Shown here: piece after piece, positions 1 through 8,781 of the stretch
Position numbering within the stretch: the stretch's first letter is position 1
How the letters are laid out: each line of letters begins with the position of its first letter
From: a candidate division WWE3 bacterium
Lineage (GTDB): Bacteria > Patescibacteriota > WWE3 > UBA101185 > UBA10185
DNA length: 61,430 nucleotides
Direction of reading: 5' to 3'
Assembly: GCA_003599255.1 (NCBI GenBank)
Contig: QZJF01000017.1
Span: forward strand, 179,278-240,707
Notes under the pieces: model-generated
Told to the model about the DNA's origin: nothing
Seen by the model: only the letters and a program-made list of their open reading frames with translations
The model's database searches: none
Translations under genes and position numbers: made by a program

Positions 1-2
1 AC

Positions 3-257
3 AACCCAGAATTAAAGCTTTGGATACCCGGAGGAAATCTATGGTCGGAAATTCCAGCCGTTTGTTCCGAATCATTAATTAGAATAAGGGGCATGAATGC
101 GCTTCCTAATTTCATAAGTTTTTATATAAGGTCGGAAAATACCGGAAAGGTAATTAAAACCAACACTATAGAAGTGTGGAATGTGTCGCACAGCACGGGA
201 TATCTTGAGCGTCTCAACCTAAATATTTTGCGCGATAATGTTAAAATACATAAGTGA
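3..257 (+). CDS. 3' end of a gene that starts upstream of the window (product unknown)
   Basis: Frame 3 is open from the window edge to TGA 255-257 (...LRDNVKIHK*). No motif recognised. Absent from the ORF track because it has no start in the window. Confidence 0.3.
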   Translation, partial: NPELKLWIPGGNLWSEIPAVCSESLIRIRGMNALPNFISFYIRSENTGKVIKTNTIEVWNVSHSTGYLERLNLNILRDNVKIHK

Positions 258-622
258 AAAACAGCAGATGGTTACCATCGATATTAGTTATGTTGATAAT
301 ATTTCTGGCTTCCAGCATCCCGGGAAAATTGGTCAACTCCGTTGGTTTGGGAAAGGAATCCTATCACATAAACGGGCATTTTTTTCTCTTTTTTGTGTTA
401 TGCATCGCTTATTACAAAGCCACAAAAAGCATCATCAAGTCGATAATTTTTACTTTTTTATATGGAATATTGGATGAAATCCATCAAATTTTTATCCCTT
501 TGAGATCCGCAAGTTTTTTTGATATTTTTGTTGACACCGCCGGAGGTTTGCTGGCAGGAGGACTATTATGGAAGTTACAACATCTTCTACCGAAGAAACT
601 AAAAAACTGGCTTATAAACTAG
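254..622 (+). CDS. VanZ-like family membrane protein
   Basis: 122 aa with about 4 hydrophobic segments and a DEIHQxFIPxRxxSxxDxxxDxxG motif typical of VanZ-like proteins. GTG start overlaps the upstream stop. Confidence 0.7.
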   Translation: MKNSRWLPSILVMLIIFLASSIPGKLVNSVGLGKESYHINGHFFLFFVLCIAYYKATKSIIKSIIFTFLYGILDEIHQIFIPLRSASFFDIFVDTAGGLLAGGLLWKLQHLLPKKLKNWLIN

Positions 623-1011
623 CAAGATCGGTTAGACCGGGGACGGTAATTGCCCTGTATGGAGATCTTGGCTCAGGTAAAACTACCTTTACCAGATATC
701 TTGTAGAGGCATTAGGTATTGACGCAAAAGTACAAAGTCCGACTTTTGTCATCGTACGTAATTATAAGCGCAGTAACAATAGTGATAATAATGGAATTTC
801 GGAAGTTATACATATGGATTTTTACAGGATTCAGTCAGTGGACGGTCTTAAGGAGTTTGATCTAGAATACTTTTTCGGATATGGGGAATTCGTAACGATA
901 GTGGAATGGCCGGAGATAGTAGAAAACTATTTGCCCCCTGACACTATGAAAATATCATTTGAATATGCGGGTGAAAATGAAAGGAAAATAAATGTACAAA
1001 ATACTCATTGA
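568..1011 (+). CDS. tsaE: tRNA t6A37 biosynthesis ATPase TsaE (YjeE)
   Basis: 147 aa with Walker A GDLGSGKTTFTR followed by SPTF. Size and adjacency to a TsaB-like gene are typical of TsaE. Confidence 0.8.
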   Translation: MEVTTSSTEETKKLAYKLARSVRPGTVIALYGDLGSGKTTFTRYLVEALGIDAKVQSPTFVIVRNYKRSNNSDNNGISEVIHMDFYRIQSVDGLKEFDLEYFFGYGEFVTIVEWPEIVENYLPPDTMKISFEYAGENERKINVQNTH

Positions 1012-1327
1012 TTCCAGGGAAAGAAAGACAAAGATAGTTGCCCTTTTGAGAGTATCAGATGATAGGGAAGTAACAATGGACTCATTAACGGGGGATATAG
1101 ATATTGTCGCAAGTATAGGTAAATTGCTTGAGAAAAACAAACTAAAACCCGAGAATGTTTCCGAAGTTTACTCAAACCCGGGTCCGGGGTCGTTCACAGG
1201 CCTTAAACTTGGGGCAACTATCGCTAATGTATTTAATTGGGCAGTAAAAGATATACCTATATCGGAACTTAAATATCCGGAGTACGGAGGTGAGCCTAAT
1301 ATCCAGATCCCACCCAAAAAAGGTTGA
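992..1327 (+). CDS. tsaB: TsaB (YeaZ)-like protein, N-terminal domain only
   Basis: 111 aa with the GPGSFTGLKLG motif, as in E. coli TsaB GPGSFTGVRIG. About half the length of canonical TsaB. Confidence 0.55.
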   Translation: MYKILIDSRERKTKIVALLRVSDDREVTMDSLTGDIDIVASIGKLLEKNKLKPENVSEVYSNPGPGSFTGLKLGATIANVFNWAVKDIPISELKYPEYGGEPNIQIPPKKG

Positions 1328-1348
1328 GTATAGTGATAAAATGAAGGT

Positions 1349-2302
1349 ATGAAAATATTAATTACAGGTGCCGCGGGATTTATAGGGTCTCATTTGGCGG
1401 AAAAATTGGTAGATCTCGGCCATTCAGTTACAGGACTGGATTCGTTTACGGATTACTATTCACCGCAGTTAAAACGATTAAACGCTGCTGACCTTGTATC
1501 TAAGGGAGTTAGTATCATAGAAAAAGATCTGACTGCACCGGATTTGAACAATGAAATTTCGGGATTTGATGTTATATATCATCTTGCCGCCCAGCCCGGC
1601 ATCTCCGCAACAACGCCTTTTGAATCTTATTTAAGAAACAATATTATCGCCACACAGAATCTGATTTCTTCCGTCCCAAATGATCTTAAGTTGTTTGTAA
1701 ATATTGCAACCTCCTCCGTGTATGGCGCGCACGCTACTGACAATGAAGATGCTGCCCCTAAACCCACGTCTCATTATGGTGTGACAAAACTTGCTGCCGA
1801 ACAGCTTGTTATGGCCCTCAACAGAGATAAAGGGTTTCCTGCAGTATCCATGAGATTGTTTTCGGTGTATGGAGAAAGAGAACGCCCGGAAAAGCTTTAT
1901 CCGAAATTGATTAATTCCATATTGAACGATAAGGAGTTTCCCCTGTATGAGGGGTCGGAACACCATCTTAGAAGCTATTCGTATGTAGGGGATATTGTGG
2001 ATGGGTTGTCAGCCGTTTTGGAAGACAGTGCGCAGTTTACGGGACAGATATTTAATATCGGTACAGATAAGGCCATTACCACGGGAGAGGGGATAAAGAT
2101 AGTAGAAGATATACTTGGAAAAAAGGCCAAAATTGTGGTAAAACCTAAGAGACCGGGAGATCAAAAAGAAACGCACGCGAATATAGACAAGGCACGAAGA
2201 ATGTTTTCCTATGATCCCGTCACACTACCCGAAGAGGGGTTGAGAAGAGAAGTAGAATGGTTTAAGGACAAAATATGGAAAAAAATAAACTTGTATCAAT
2301 AG
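1349..2302 (+). CDS. NAD-dependent nucleotide-sugar epimerase/dehydratase (extended SDR)
   Basis: N-terminal ILITGAAGFIGSHL Rossmann motif, an S...YxxxK catalytic pattern (SHYGVTK), 317 aa. Confidence 0.85.
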   Translation: MKILITGAAGFIGSHLAEKLVDLGHSVTGLDSFTDYYSPQLKRLNAADLVSKGVSIIEKDLTAPDLNNEISGFDVIYHLAAQPGISATTPFESYLRNNIIATQNLISSVPNDLKLFVNIATSSVYGAHATDNEDAAPKPTSHYGVTKLAAEQLVMALNRDKGFPAVSMRLFSVYGERERPEKLYPKLINSILNDKEFPLYEGSEHHLRSYSYVGDIVDGLSAVLEDSAQFTGQIFNIGTDKAITTGEGIKIVEDILGKKAKIVVKPKRPGDQKETHANIDKARRMFSYDPVTLPEEGLRREVEWFKDKIWKKINLYQ

Positions 2303-3243
2303 TTATTCCCTGCCTGAACGAAGAAAAAAACATAAACCGGACGTTCGACGAGCTTTTGAGTATATTCGGTAATCATCCGTACGATTTTGAAATTATTGCC
2401 GTTGACGACGGGAGCAAGGATGGTACATGGAAGATTATCAAGGAATATTCTGAGAGATACCCGGAGATTAAAGGGGTTAATTTAATGGCCAATTTTGGTC
2501 AAAGCGCTGCATACATGGCCGGATTCGACGTTTCCGAAGGCGACTACGTGATTACTGTCTCAGCTGATCTGGAAGTACCTCTGTCGAATATTAATCGAGT
2601 TATCGAGCTTTTGGAACAGGGTTACGATTTTGTAAATACTCATAGAGTAGGTAGGTGGGGTAATGAAAAAGCCGAAAGAGCCGCCAAAAGCAATATGGCT
2701 AATAAATTAATTAGTAAAATCTCCGGTGTTTCTATGCAGGATAGAGGTTCAGGGATGAAGGGATTTAGAAGAGTATTGATAGACAATTTGTCTTTATATG
2801 GCGAAATGCACAGATTTATTCCTGACTATCTGACTGTTTACGGGGCAAAAATGACAGAGTTTGATGTTGATTTCAAGGATAGGGATTACGGTGTATCCGC
2901 ATATTCAGGGAGTAAGAGAACCATAAAAGTTATCCTGGATTTAATGACCCTGTTTTTTATGCTCTACTTTGCCAGAAAACCTTTTAAAGCGCTTCCCGGT
3001 AGAATATTCGGCTTTACTGGAGCTGTAATGTCAGGAGCTGGTTTCTTGTCCGGCTTGTATCTTGTTTTAGTAAAGCTGGGTGGCCAGAGCATAGGCAACA
3101 GACCTTTGTTGACGCTATCTGTACTTCTAATAATTGTAGGTGTTCAGCTTATGATGATGGGTATGCTAGGGGAGTTAATGCTTCGGGTTTACTTTGAATC
3201 GTCAGGAAGAAAGACATACACTATTAGGGATATAGTAAGATAA
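2275..3243 (+). CDS. Family 2 glycosyltransferase, Dpm1/ArnC-like, with C-terminal TM helices
   Basis: VSIVIPCLNEE start, VDDGSKDGT, an SADLE (DxD-like) motif, and two C-terminal hydrophobic helices as in polyprenyl-phosphate glycosyltransferases. Confidence 0.85.
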   Translation: MEKNKLVSIVIPCLNEEKNINRTFDELLSIFGNHPYDFEIIAVDDGSKDGTWKIIKEYSERYPEIKGVNLMANFGQSAAYMAGFDVSEGDYVITVSADLEVPLSNINRVIELLEQGYDFVNTHRVGRWGNEKAERAAKSNMANKLISKISGVSMQDRGSGMKGFRRVLIDNLSLYGEMHRFIPDYLTVYGAKMTEFDVDFKDRDYGVSAYSGSKRTIKVILDLMTLFFMLYFARKPFKALPGRIFGFTGAVMSGAGFLSGLYLVLVKLGGQSIGNRPLLTLSVLLIIVGVQLMMMGMLGELMLRVYFESSGRKTYTIRDIVR

Positions 3244-3973
3244 ATACCACAGACCTTCATAAAAGAGATAAAAGAACTAATGAACACCAGATATACCCAA
3301 GGGTTTAAGGATTGTAAGTCATTTTAAATAAGGGAAAGTGGTACAACGCCGAATATACTTTTGCTTTACATACGAATCATATCCAAATTAGTTGATTGTT
3401 TCTTTTGTACTATAGAGATCGGTTACTATTGCGGGTTATTAATAACTTACGCACACAAAAATTACTCGTACATAATGTATATTATTGAAATCGATTAATT
3501 ATTTATATAAAATACTACATACAAGTAGTTGTTAAGTACACGAAACCTTAAAATTTTCCGACGGGACCACTTTTTAAATCCCGAAGTTATGTAGTCTATA
3601 GGTTATTTAATGTCTCATAATTTATAAAGCCGGGATTTCTAATACTTGAGGGATTTTGCCTTTCAAGGCAGCGTATTTTACTAGAAAATGTTACTTATTT
3701 GCACTACTTGTCTTATTTTACTTTTCAAGCTTAAAAATATAAATAGTCGTTACCATTATTCATTACACTTGTAAGAAAATTTGTATTTTTGTTGAGTATA
3801 TGATTTATACAATTCTTGATTCATATCTTTGATTTTTTAAATTAACCTTACAAGTTTGATGATACTTTATATTATTGAGTTTTATAACCTAATTTACCTT
3901 AAATGTGTATTGTAGATATTTTAATACTTGCATAGATCTTGCAATGATAATGCTTACAAGTTAGCATATATGT
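3244..3973. other. 730-bp AT-rich gene-free tract containing three copies of CTTACAAGT/ACTTGTAAG
   Basis: No ORF of 60 aa or more in any frame. The 9-mer occurs at 3767-3775 (inverted), 3847-3855 and 3953-3961. The core ACAAGT/ACTTGT also occurs near 3521 and 3706. Confidence 0.5.
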
Positions 3974-5338
3974 ATGCCTGCCCGCGACCAAGTTGATTTC
4001 GTCGATAACTGTTTCTACCATGTCTATAACAAAGGTTATTCCAACAATAAAATCTTTTTAGACATATCTGATTTTGAAACTTTTATCACTTACCTAAACG
4101 AGTATTTATCACTGCCTGCTGATAAAGATTCCGTTAAAACCGTTTTCACAATAAATGGTAGGCAATACAAAGGCACTCCCCACCTTCCCAAGAATTATCA
4201 TGGTCAGATTGAAATCGTTGCATACAACCTAGAATATGATCATTTTCACCTAATTATAAAAACTACCTCAAAAACCTCACTGGAGCGCTTTGTAAGGTCT
4301 TTGTTTACCAGATATTCTATTTATTTCAATAAAAAACACAATCGATCAGGCTCTTTATTTGATGGGTCCTATAAATCAGCGGAGATCGCAGATTCGATCA
4401 AGTTGGCCCTTTTAACAAAATATATTCACGAAGAGCCCCACAGTTCAATGAAGAAGGGATCTGAGCGGTGCTCTTCCTATCCTGAATACATGGGAAAAAG
4501 AGACACGGCATGGATAAATACCCGCCCAGTAGAGATATTTCTTCAAGACACCGGCGGAAATCCTTTTAAAAATATAAGTAATCTCAAGGATTTTTTAAAC
4601 AACTATAAGATTAAAGAAACCGAACTAAAATCCATCGAAGAGCTGACATTTGAAACCCACCGAGAACCTGAAAAAGAACTTAGTACGATTGTGCCGGAGG
4701 AACCTGTAAGTGAAAGTGCGGTAACTGATGCAACCGATCCCCAGGAGGTGGAAAACAATCGTCTAAAACGTGCTCCGGAATTAGCGATAATTGCTATCGT
4801 ATTAATTCTATTATTAACTTTAGGAGTTCGGAGTATTCAAGGTTCTCTGGCAAGGGATTTATTATGCAAAGCACTTCCCGCTCCCCTACCTACTGAGACA
4901 TCCCAAATTTCTGAAATGCCTACTACAGACTTTCTAACAGACGAAACCCAGGAGGAAGCCAGTCAAAGCACTTCATCCTTGGATACACCTAACATTGCCA
5001 CGGAATCAACTGTCAGTGATACATTGCCCGTTGTGGCGGGAGCTGCCCAGGAAAATAAACAAAATGCGTATTCGGGTGAATTTTCAGAAAACAATAGAAA
5101 TACCGATTTTCCAGAAACTATAAAAAAAGTTCTTTTGGTTAAGATCAATGCGGAGTATGACGCTGTAAACATCCGTAGAGAGTCAAATATTGACTCGGAG
5201 TTGGTGGGGACGGTGTCGGGAGGGGCTGAATTCCAATTTGTTGCCCTCCGCAATGGTTGGGTGGAAGTGCGACTTGACGATAACTCAATAGGATATATAT
5301 CTGCCCAGTTTGTGGAACTGATGGGAGGAACTAACTAA
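3974..5338 (+). CDS. HUH/Y1 (IS200-like, RayT-like) nuclease domain fused to a TM helix, an acidic S/T-rich linker and a C-terminal SH3b-like domain
   Basis: N-terminus has FYHVYNKG, an HUH motif (DHFHLIIKT) and YIHEEP, compare YIHxNP of REP-associated Y1 transposases. TM helix is LAIIAIVLILLLTLGV. The C-terminus VNIRRESNxxSxxVGTVxxGxxFxxxxxxNGWVEVRLDDNSIGYI is SH3b-like. Confidence 0.55.
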   Translation: MPARDQVDFVDNCFYHVYNKGYSNNKIFLDISDFETFITYLNEYLSLPADKDSVKTVFTINGRQYKGTPHLPKNYHGQIEIVAYNLEYDHFHLIIKTTSKTSLERFVRSLFTRYSIYFNKKHNRSGSLFDGSYKSAEIADSIKLALLTKYIHEEPHSSMKKGSERCSSYPEYMGKRDTAWINTRPVEIFLQDTGGNPFKNISNLKDFLNNYKIKETELKSIEELTFETHREPEKELSTIVPEEPVSESAVTDATDPQEVENNRLKRAPELAIIAIVLILLLTLGVRSIQGSLARDLLCKALPAPLPTETSQISEMPTTDFLTDETQEEASQSTSSLDTPNIATESTVSDTLPVVAGAAQENKQNAYSGEFSENNRNTDFPETIKKVLLVKINAEYDAVNIRRESNIDSELVGTVSGGAEFQFVALRNGWVEVRLDDNSIGYISAQFVELMGGTN

Positions 5339-5970
5339 TGTTGCGCAAAGTACTAACTTACACATTTTTAATATTAGGACTGCTTTTAGATATAGCAGTT
5401 TTCGCAACAGCTAATAGTTACGCCCAGCTGGGGATTGCAACTGTCGGATATTTGGTCCTGGCGTTTTCATTCCTGTTAATATATCCCCGCAAGCACAGAA
5501 AAGCTGCTCAACTCAAACAGGATGATCAGAAAGTGCCGACTTTAAGCCTATCTCCTACGACCGAGGAAGAACCGGTCGAGGATGCAGATAAAAGGTCCTT
5601 CTTACATCTTATATGGAGTGCCGGCATCGCGTTCTTCATTTACTCAATAGTTAATAAGAGATCGGAACTATCCTTCTTTACCAGAGCTGGCGCCGGCTCA
5701 GGAATTACATCTATAGCAGACGCTGATGGAAATAAGATTAATCCGGCGCAAGAACACGCGATGCAAGGATATGTAATTTCCGATATCGACGAGCATGATT
5801 CAGATTCCGTGTATTACGGCTATACAAGGGAGGATGGCAAATGGTACATATCCCGACAAGTACTTGAGGACAATACATTCCGTTATTCAAGTGGCGCTGT
5901 TGATTATCCGTCAGCCTGGAACAGTAGAAAGAACCTAAATTACGACTACTTCTTTAACATCAAACTTTAA
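5338..5970 (+). CDS. Membrane protein, unknown function
   Basis: 210 aa with three hydrophobic helices and an aromatic-rich C-terminal domain. The start overlaps the upstream stop (TAATG), which suggests translational coupling. Confidence 0.5.
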   Translation: MLRKVLTYTFLILGLLLDIAVFATANSYAQLGIATVGYLVLAFSFLLIYPRKHRKAAQLKQDDQKVPTLSLSPTTEEEPVEDADKRSFLHLIWSAGIAFFIYSIVNKRSELSFFTRAGAGSGITSIADADGNKINPAQEHAMQGYVISDIDEHDSDSVYYGYTREDGKWYISRQVLEDNTFRYSSGAVDYPSAWNSRKNLNYDYFFNIKL

Positions 5971-6075
5971 CCTATATGTAGTTGACCTTTTTGTCACGAT
6001 TGTGTAAAACTGAAATTACGATAGTCGCATTATAAATAAGGAATCGGTTCCCATATACTGCCAAAATAAAAAACT

Positions 6076-6999
6076 ATGCCGGATTTATCAGTAATCATTC
6101 CGACCAGAAATGAAATCTATTTACAACCGACGATTGAGGACATAATCAAAAAAGCCAAATCTTCTGTTGAAATAATAGTTGTTTTAGACGGATACTGGCC
6201 CAATCCACAACTTCCCAGCTATAAAAACGTCATTATAATCCATCAAGGTACCATTTATGAAAATGCAGGTATGCGACAGTGTATAAATGCAGGTATGGCA
6301 GTAGCAAGTGGCACTTTTGTAATGAAATCTGATGGTCATTGTCTGTTTGACGAGGGATTTGACGTCAAGCTTATGGAAGACTGCGAGGATAACTGGGTTG
6401 TAATCCCCCGCAGATACAGGCTTGATGTAGAAAATTGGAAGGTTGCGCCGGATAGAAGACCGCCTATTGATTACCAATTTTTAACATATCCATACATTAA
6501 AACACATGACCCTGCCTGCGGATTGCACGGAGATGACTGGCGCGAAAGATATTTTGAAAGATTGGACATATTAATTGACGATAATATGTCAACACAGGGT
6601 TCGCTCTACTTTATGCCTAGGAGCTGGTGGTTCAAAATGATAGCACCCATGAATGTAGAACTTTACGGTCCGTTTATACAGGAAGCTCAGGAAATATGTA
6701 ATAACACATGGTTAGGGGGCGGACGCGTAGTTGTAAACAAAAAAACCTGGTATGCCCACTGGCATAAAGGAAAGGCGGGTAAGAATTATGGATTTTCAAA
6801 TGATAGGTATGCTTTCCATCAAGCTGAAAGGGACAGGGGCAGAAGGAACTGTATAGACTACTGGGTTAACAATAAATTTCCAAAAAAGGTATATGATTTT
6901 GAATGGCTGATAGAACGGTTTTGGCCCGTGCCGACATGGCCAAAAAACTGGAAGGAACAGTTAATTATTGATAAAGCAAAGGAAGACGCAACCGAATGA
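6076..6999 (+). CDS. GT-A fold glycosyltransferase (GT2-like) with ppGalNAc-T-like DxH...H metal-site pattern
   Basis: LSVIIPTRNE start, DGHC (DxH), and EICNNTWLGGGRVVVNKKTWYAHWHK. The last aligns without gaps to my recollection of the GalNAc-T motif [27 protein letters not shown]. No TM segment. Confidence 0.75.
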   Translation: MPDLSVIIPTRNEIYLQPTIEDIIKKAKSSVEIIVVLDGYWPNPQLPSYKNVIIIHQGTIYENAGMRQCINAGMAVASGTFVMKSDGHCLFDEGFDVKLMEDCEDNWVVIPRRYRLDVENWKVAPDRRPPIDYQFLTYPYIKTHDPACGLHGDDWRERYFERLDILIDDNMSTQGSLYFMPRSWWFKMIAPMNVELYGPFIQEAQEICNNTWLGGGRVVVNKKTWYAHWHKGKAGKNYGFSNDRYAFHQAERDRGRRNCIDYWVNNKFPKKVYDFEWLIERFWPVPTWPKNWKEQLIIDKAKEDATE

Positions 7000-7574
7000 A
7001 AATATTTCTAGATGTGGGTGCCCATACCGGTGAAACCCTAAAAATTGCATTAGAAGATAAATACAAGTTTGAAAAGATTTACTGTTTTGAACCGGTACGC
7101 GAGTGTTGCAATGAGATTCGAAAATTTTCCGACAACAGGGTAACTGTTTGTGAGTTCGGCTTGTGGGATAAGGACGGTTCTAAGCACCTATACAATCCGG
7201 GAAGCAAGGGGGCTTCGGTATTCAAAGATAAATTTAAAGATGAGGTTGCATCCCAAAGCCTTGACTTTGTAAGAGCGAGCAAATGGTTTTCCGAAAACAT
7301 TACTAGCGATGATACTGTGTATCTCAAACTAAACTGTGAGGGTGCAGAGTGCGCGATTTTAGATGACTTAATAGATTCGGGTGAATACAAAAAAATTAAT
7401 GTTGTGATGGTGGATTTCGACGTCAGGAAGATTCCCTCGCAAAAACATCGTATGGAGGAAATGAAGGAGAAACTCAACAAACTCAATATCCCGAAAGTAT
7501 TTTACATTGATGAATATCGCCTTGGGCGTGGTACGCATAATTTTTTTACGCACTACTGGCTGGATAACTCATGA
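6996..7574 (+). CDS. FkbM-family SAM-dependent methyltransferase
   Basis: FLDVGAHTGET...CFEP pattern typical of FkbM methyltransferases. ATGA start/stop overlap with the upstream gene. Confidence 0.7.
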   Translation: MKIFLDVGAHTGETLKIALEDKYKFEKIYCFEPVRECCNEIRKFSDNRVTVCEFGLWDKDGSKHLYNPGSKGASVFKDKFKDEVASQSLDFVRASKWFSENITSDDTVYLKLNCEGAECAILDDLIDSGEYKKINVVMVDFDVRKIPSQKHRMEEMKEKLNKLNIPKVFYIDEYRLGRGTHNFFTHYWLDNS

Positions 7575-8110
7575 AAATTATTACGTTAGAGAAAACAAGA
7601 AATGATCTTGCCCAAGAGTTCAGCGGAATAGGTGCGGAAATAGGTGTGGAACAGGGAGTGTTTTCAGAAATTATTTGTCTTAATAATAATGTGAAGAAGT
7701 TATATTCAATAGATGCGTGGAAGTCGTATAGGGGTTATAGAGATCATGTGCGACAACAGAAACTGGACAGTTTCTATGAGTTAAGTAAAATGCGTTTAGC
7801 AAAATATAATTGCGAAATCGTGCGCAAGTTTAGCAAGGAGGCAGCTTCGGATTTTATTGATGGTGCACTGGATTTTGTTTACATAGATGCGAACCACGAA
7901 TATGCCCACGTTCAAGATGACATTATGTTATGGGTCAAAAAGGTCAGGGTCGGCGGAATTGTAAGCGGCCATGATTATGTGAGAAGAAAAGGACAGGACA
8001 GCTTTTATGGTGTCGTGCGTGCCGTAAACGAATATGTTATTGAAAATAAAATTGAGGAGCTGGTTATTTATCGCGGGGATACCTCTCCGAGTTGGAAGTT
8101 TATAAAATGA
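7571..8110 (+). CDS. Class I SAM-dependent methyltransferase (Methyltransf_24 / CmcI-like)
   Basis: GAEIGVEQG glycine-rich motif, YIDANHEY, GGIVSGHDY. ATGA overlap with the upstream gene. Confidence 0.7.
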   Translation: MKIITLEKTRNDLAQEFSGIGAEIGVEQGVFSEIICLNNNVKKLYSIDAWKSYRGYRDHVRQQKLDSFYELSKMRLAKYNCEIVRKFSKEAASDFIDGALDFVYIDANHEYAHVQDDIMLWVKKVRVGGIVSGHDYVRRKGQDSFYGVVRAVNEYVIENKIEELVIYRGDTSPSWKFIK

Positions 8111-8781
8111 CGACTAATACAACACTAGAATTTATACTCAATAAATTTGGAATCAATTACGATGACAAGACGTCGATGCCGATAGAACTCCCCGGCTTTG
8201 GAAGATATGATCTTGCGTATATGTTTAAGGAGTTGGGATTTAATATCGGTGCGGAAATAGGTGTATATCAGGGTGAATACTCGGAAGTTTTATGTAAAGC
8301 TAATCCGCAAGCGAAACTATTTAGCATAGATCCATGGGAACCTCATGATGAATACACGGCATTTATAAAATCAAAAACATTTGAAAAAGCTTACGAAATG
8401 GCTAAAGCACGTCTCTCGGGTAGAAATTGTGAAATGATAAAGAAAAAGAGTCTTGATGCGGTAAAGGATTTTGCAGATGAATCACTGGACTTTGTGTATA
8501 TAGACGGGGATCATTCATTTCAGGCGTGTACAAACGATATAGTAGAGTGGTCCAAAAAGGTCCGTATGGGAGGCATAGTTGCCGGACACGATTATATAAA
8601 ACATTTGCCGCGATCAATAATCCATGTTTACGAGGTGGTAAACGGATACACTCAGGCTTACAGAATCAGACCCTGGTTTATTACCGCGTCAAAGGTGGTT
8701 ATAAATGGAGTAATTACTCCGGAAGAAAGAACATTCTTTTGGGTTAAAACTCCGTTTCCTGAGCCCAGGAGGTACGACTGA
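8107..8781 (+). CDS. Class I SAM-dependent methyltransferase (paralog of 7571-8110)
   Basis: GAEIGVYQG, YIDGDHSF, GGIVAGHDY. I prefer ATG 8107 (ATGA overlap with the upstream stop) over the track's upstream TTG at 8092. Confidence 0.7.
   Translation: MTTNTTLEFILNKFGINYDDKTSMPIELPGFGRYDLAYMFKELGFNIGAEIGVYQGEYSEVLCKANPQAKLFSIDPWEPHDEYTAFIKSKTFEKAYEMAKARLSGRNCEMIKKKSLDAVKDFADESLDFVYIDGDHSFQACTNDIVEWSKKVRMGGIVAGHDYIKHLPRSIIHVYEVVNGYTQAYRIRPWFITASKVVINGVITPEERTFFWVKTPFPEPRRYD

Noticed and set aside
238-477. 79-aa plus-strand ORF overlapping the VanZ-like gene in another frame
   Set aside because: The 254-622 frame gives a recognisable VanZ motif and TM helices, and the alternative frame gives none.
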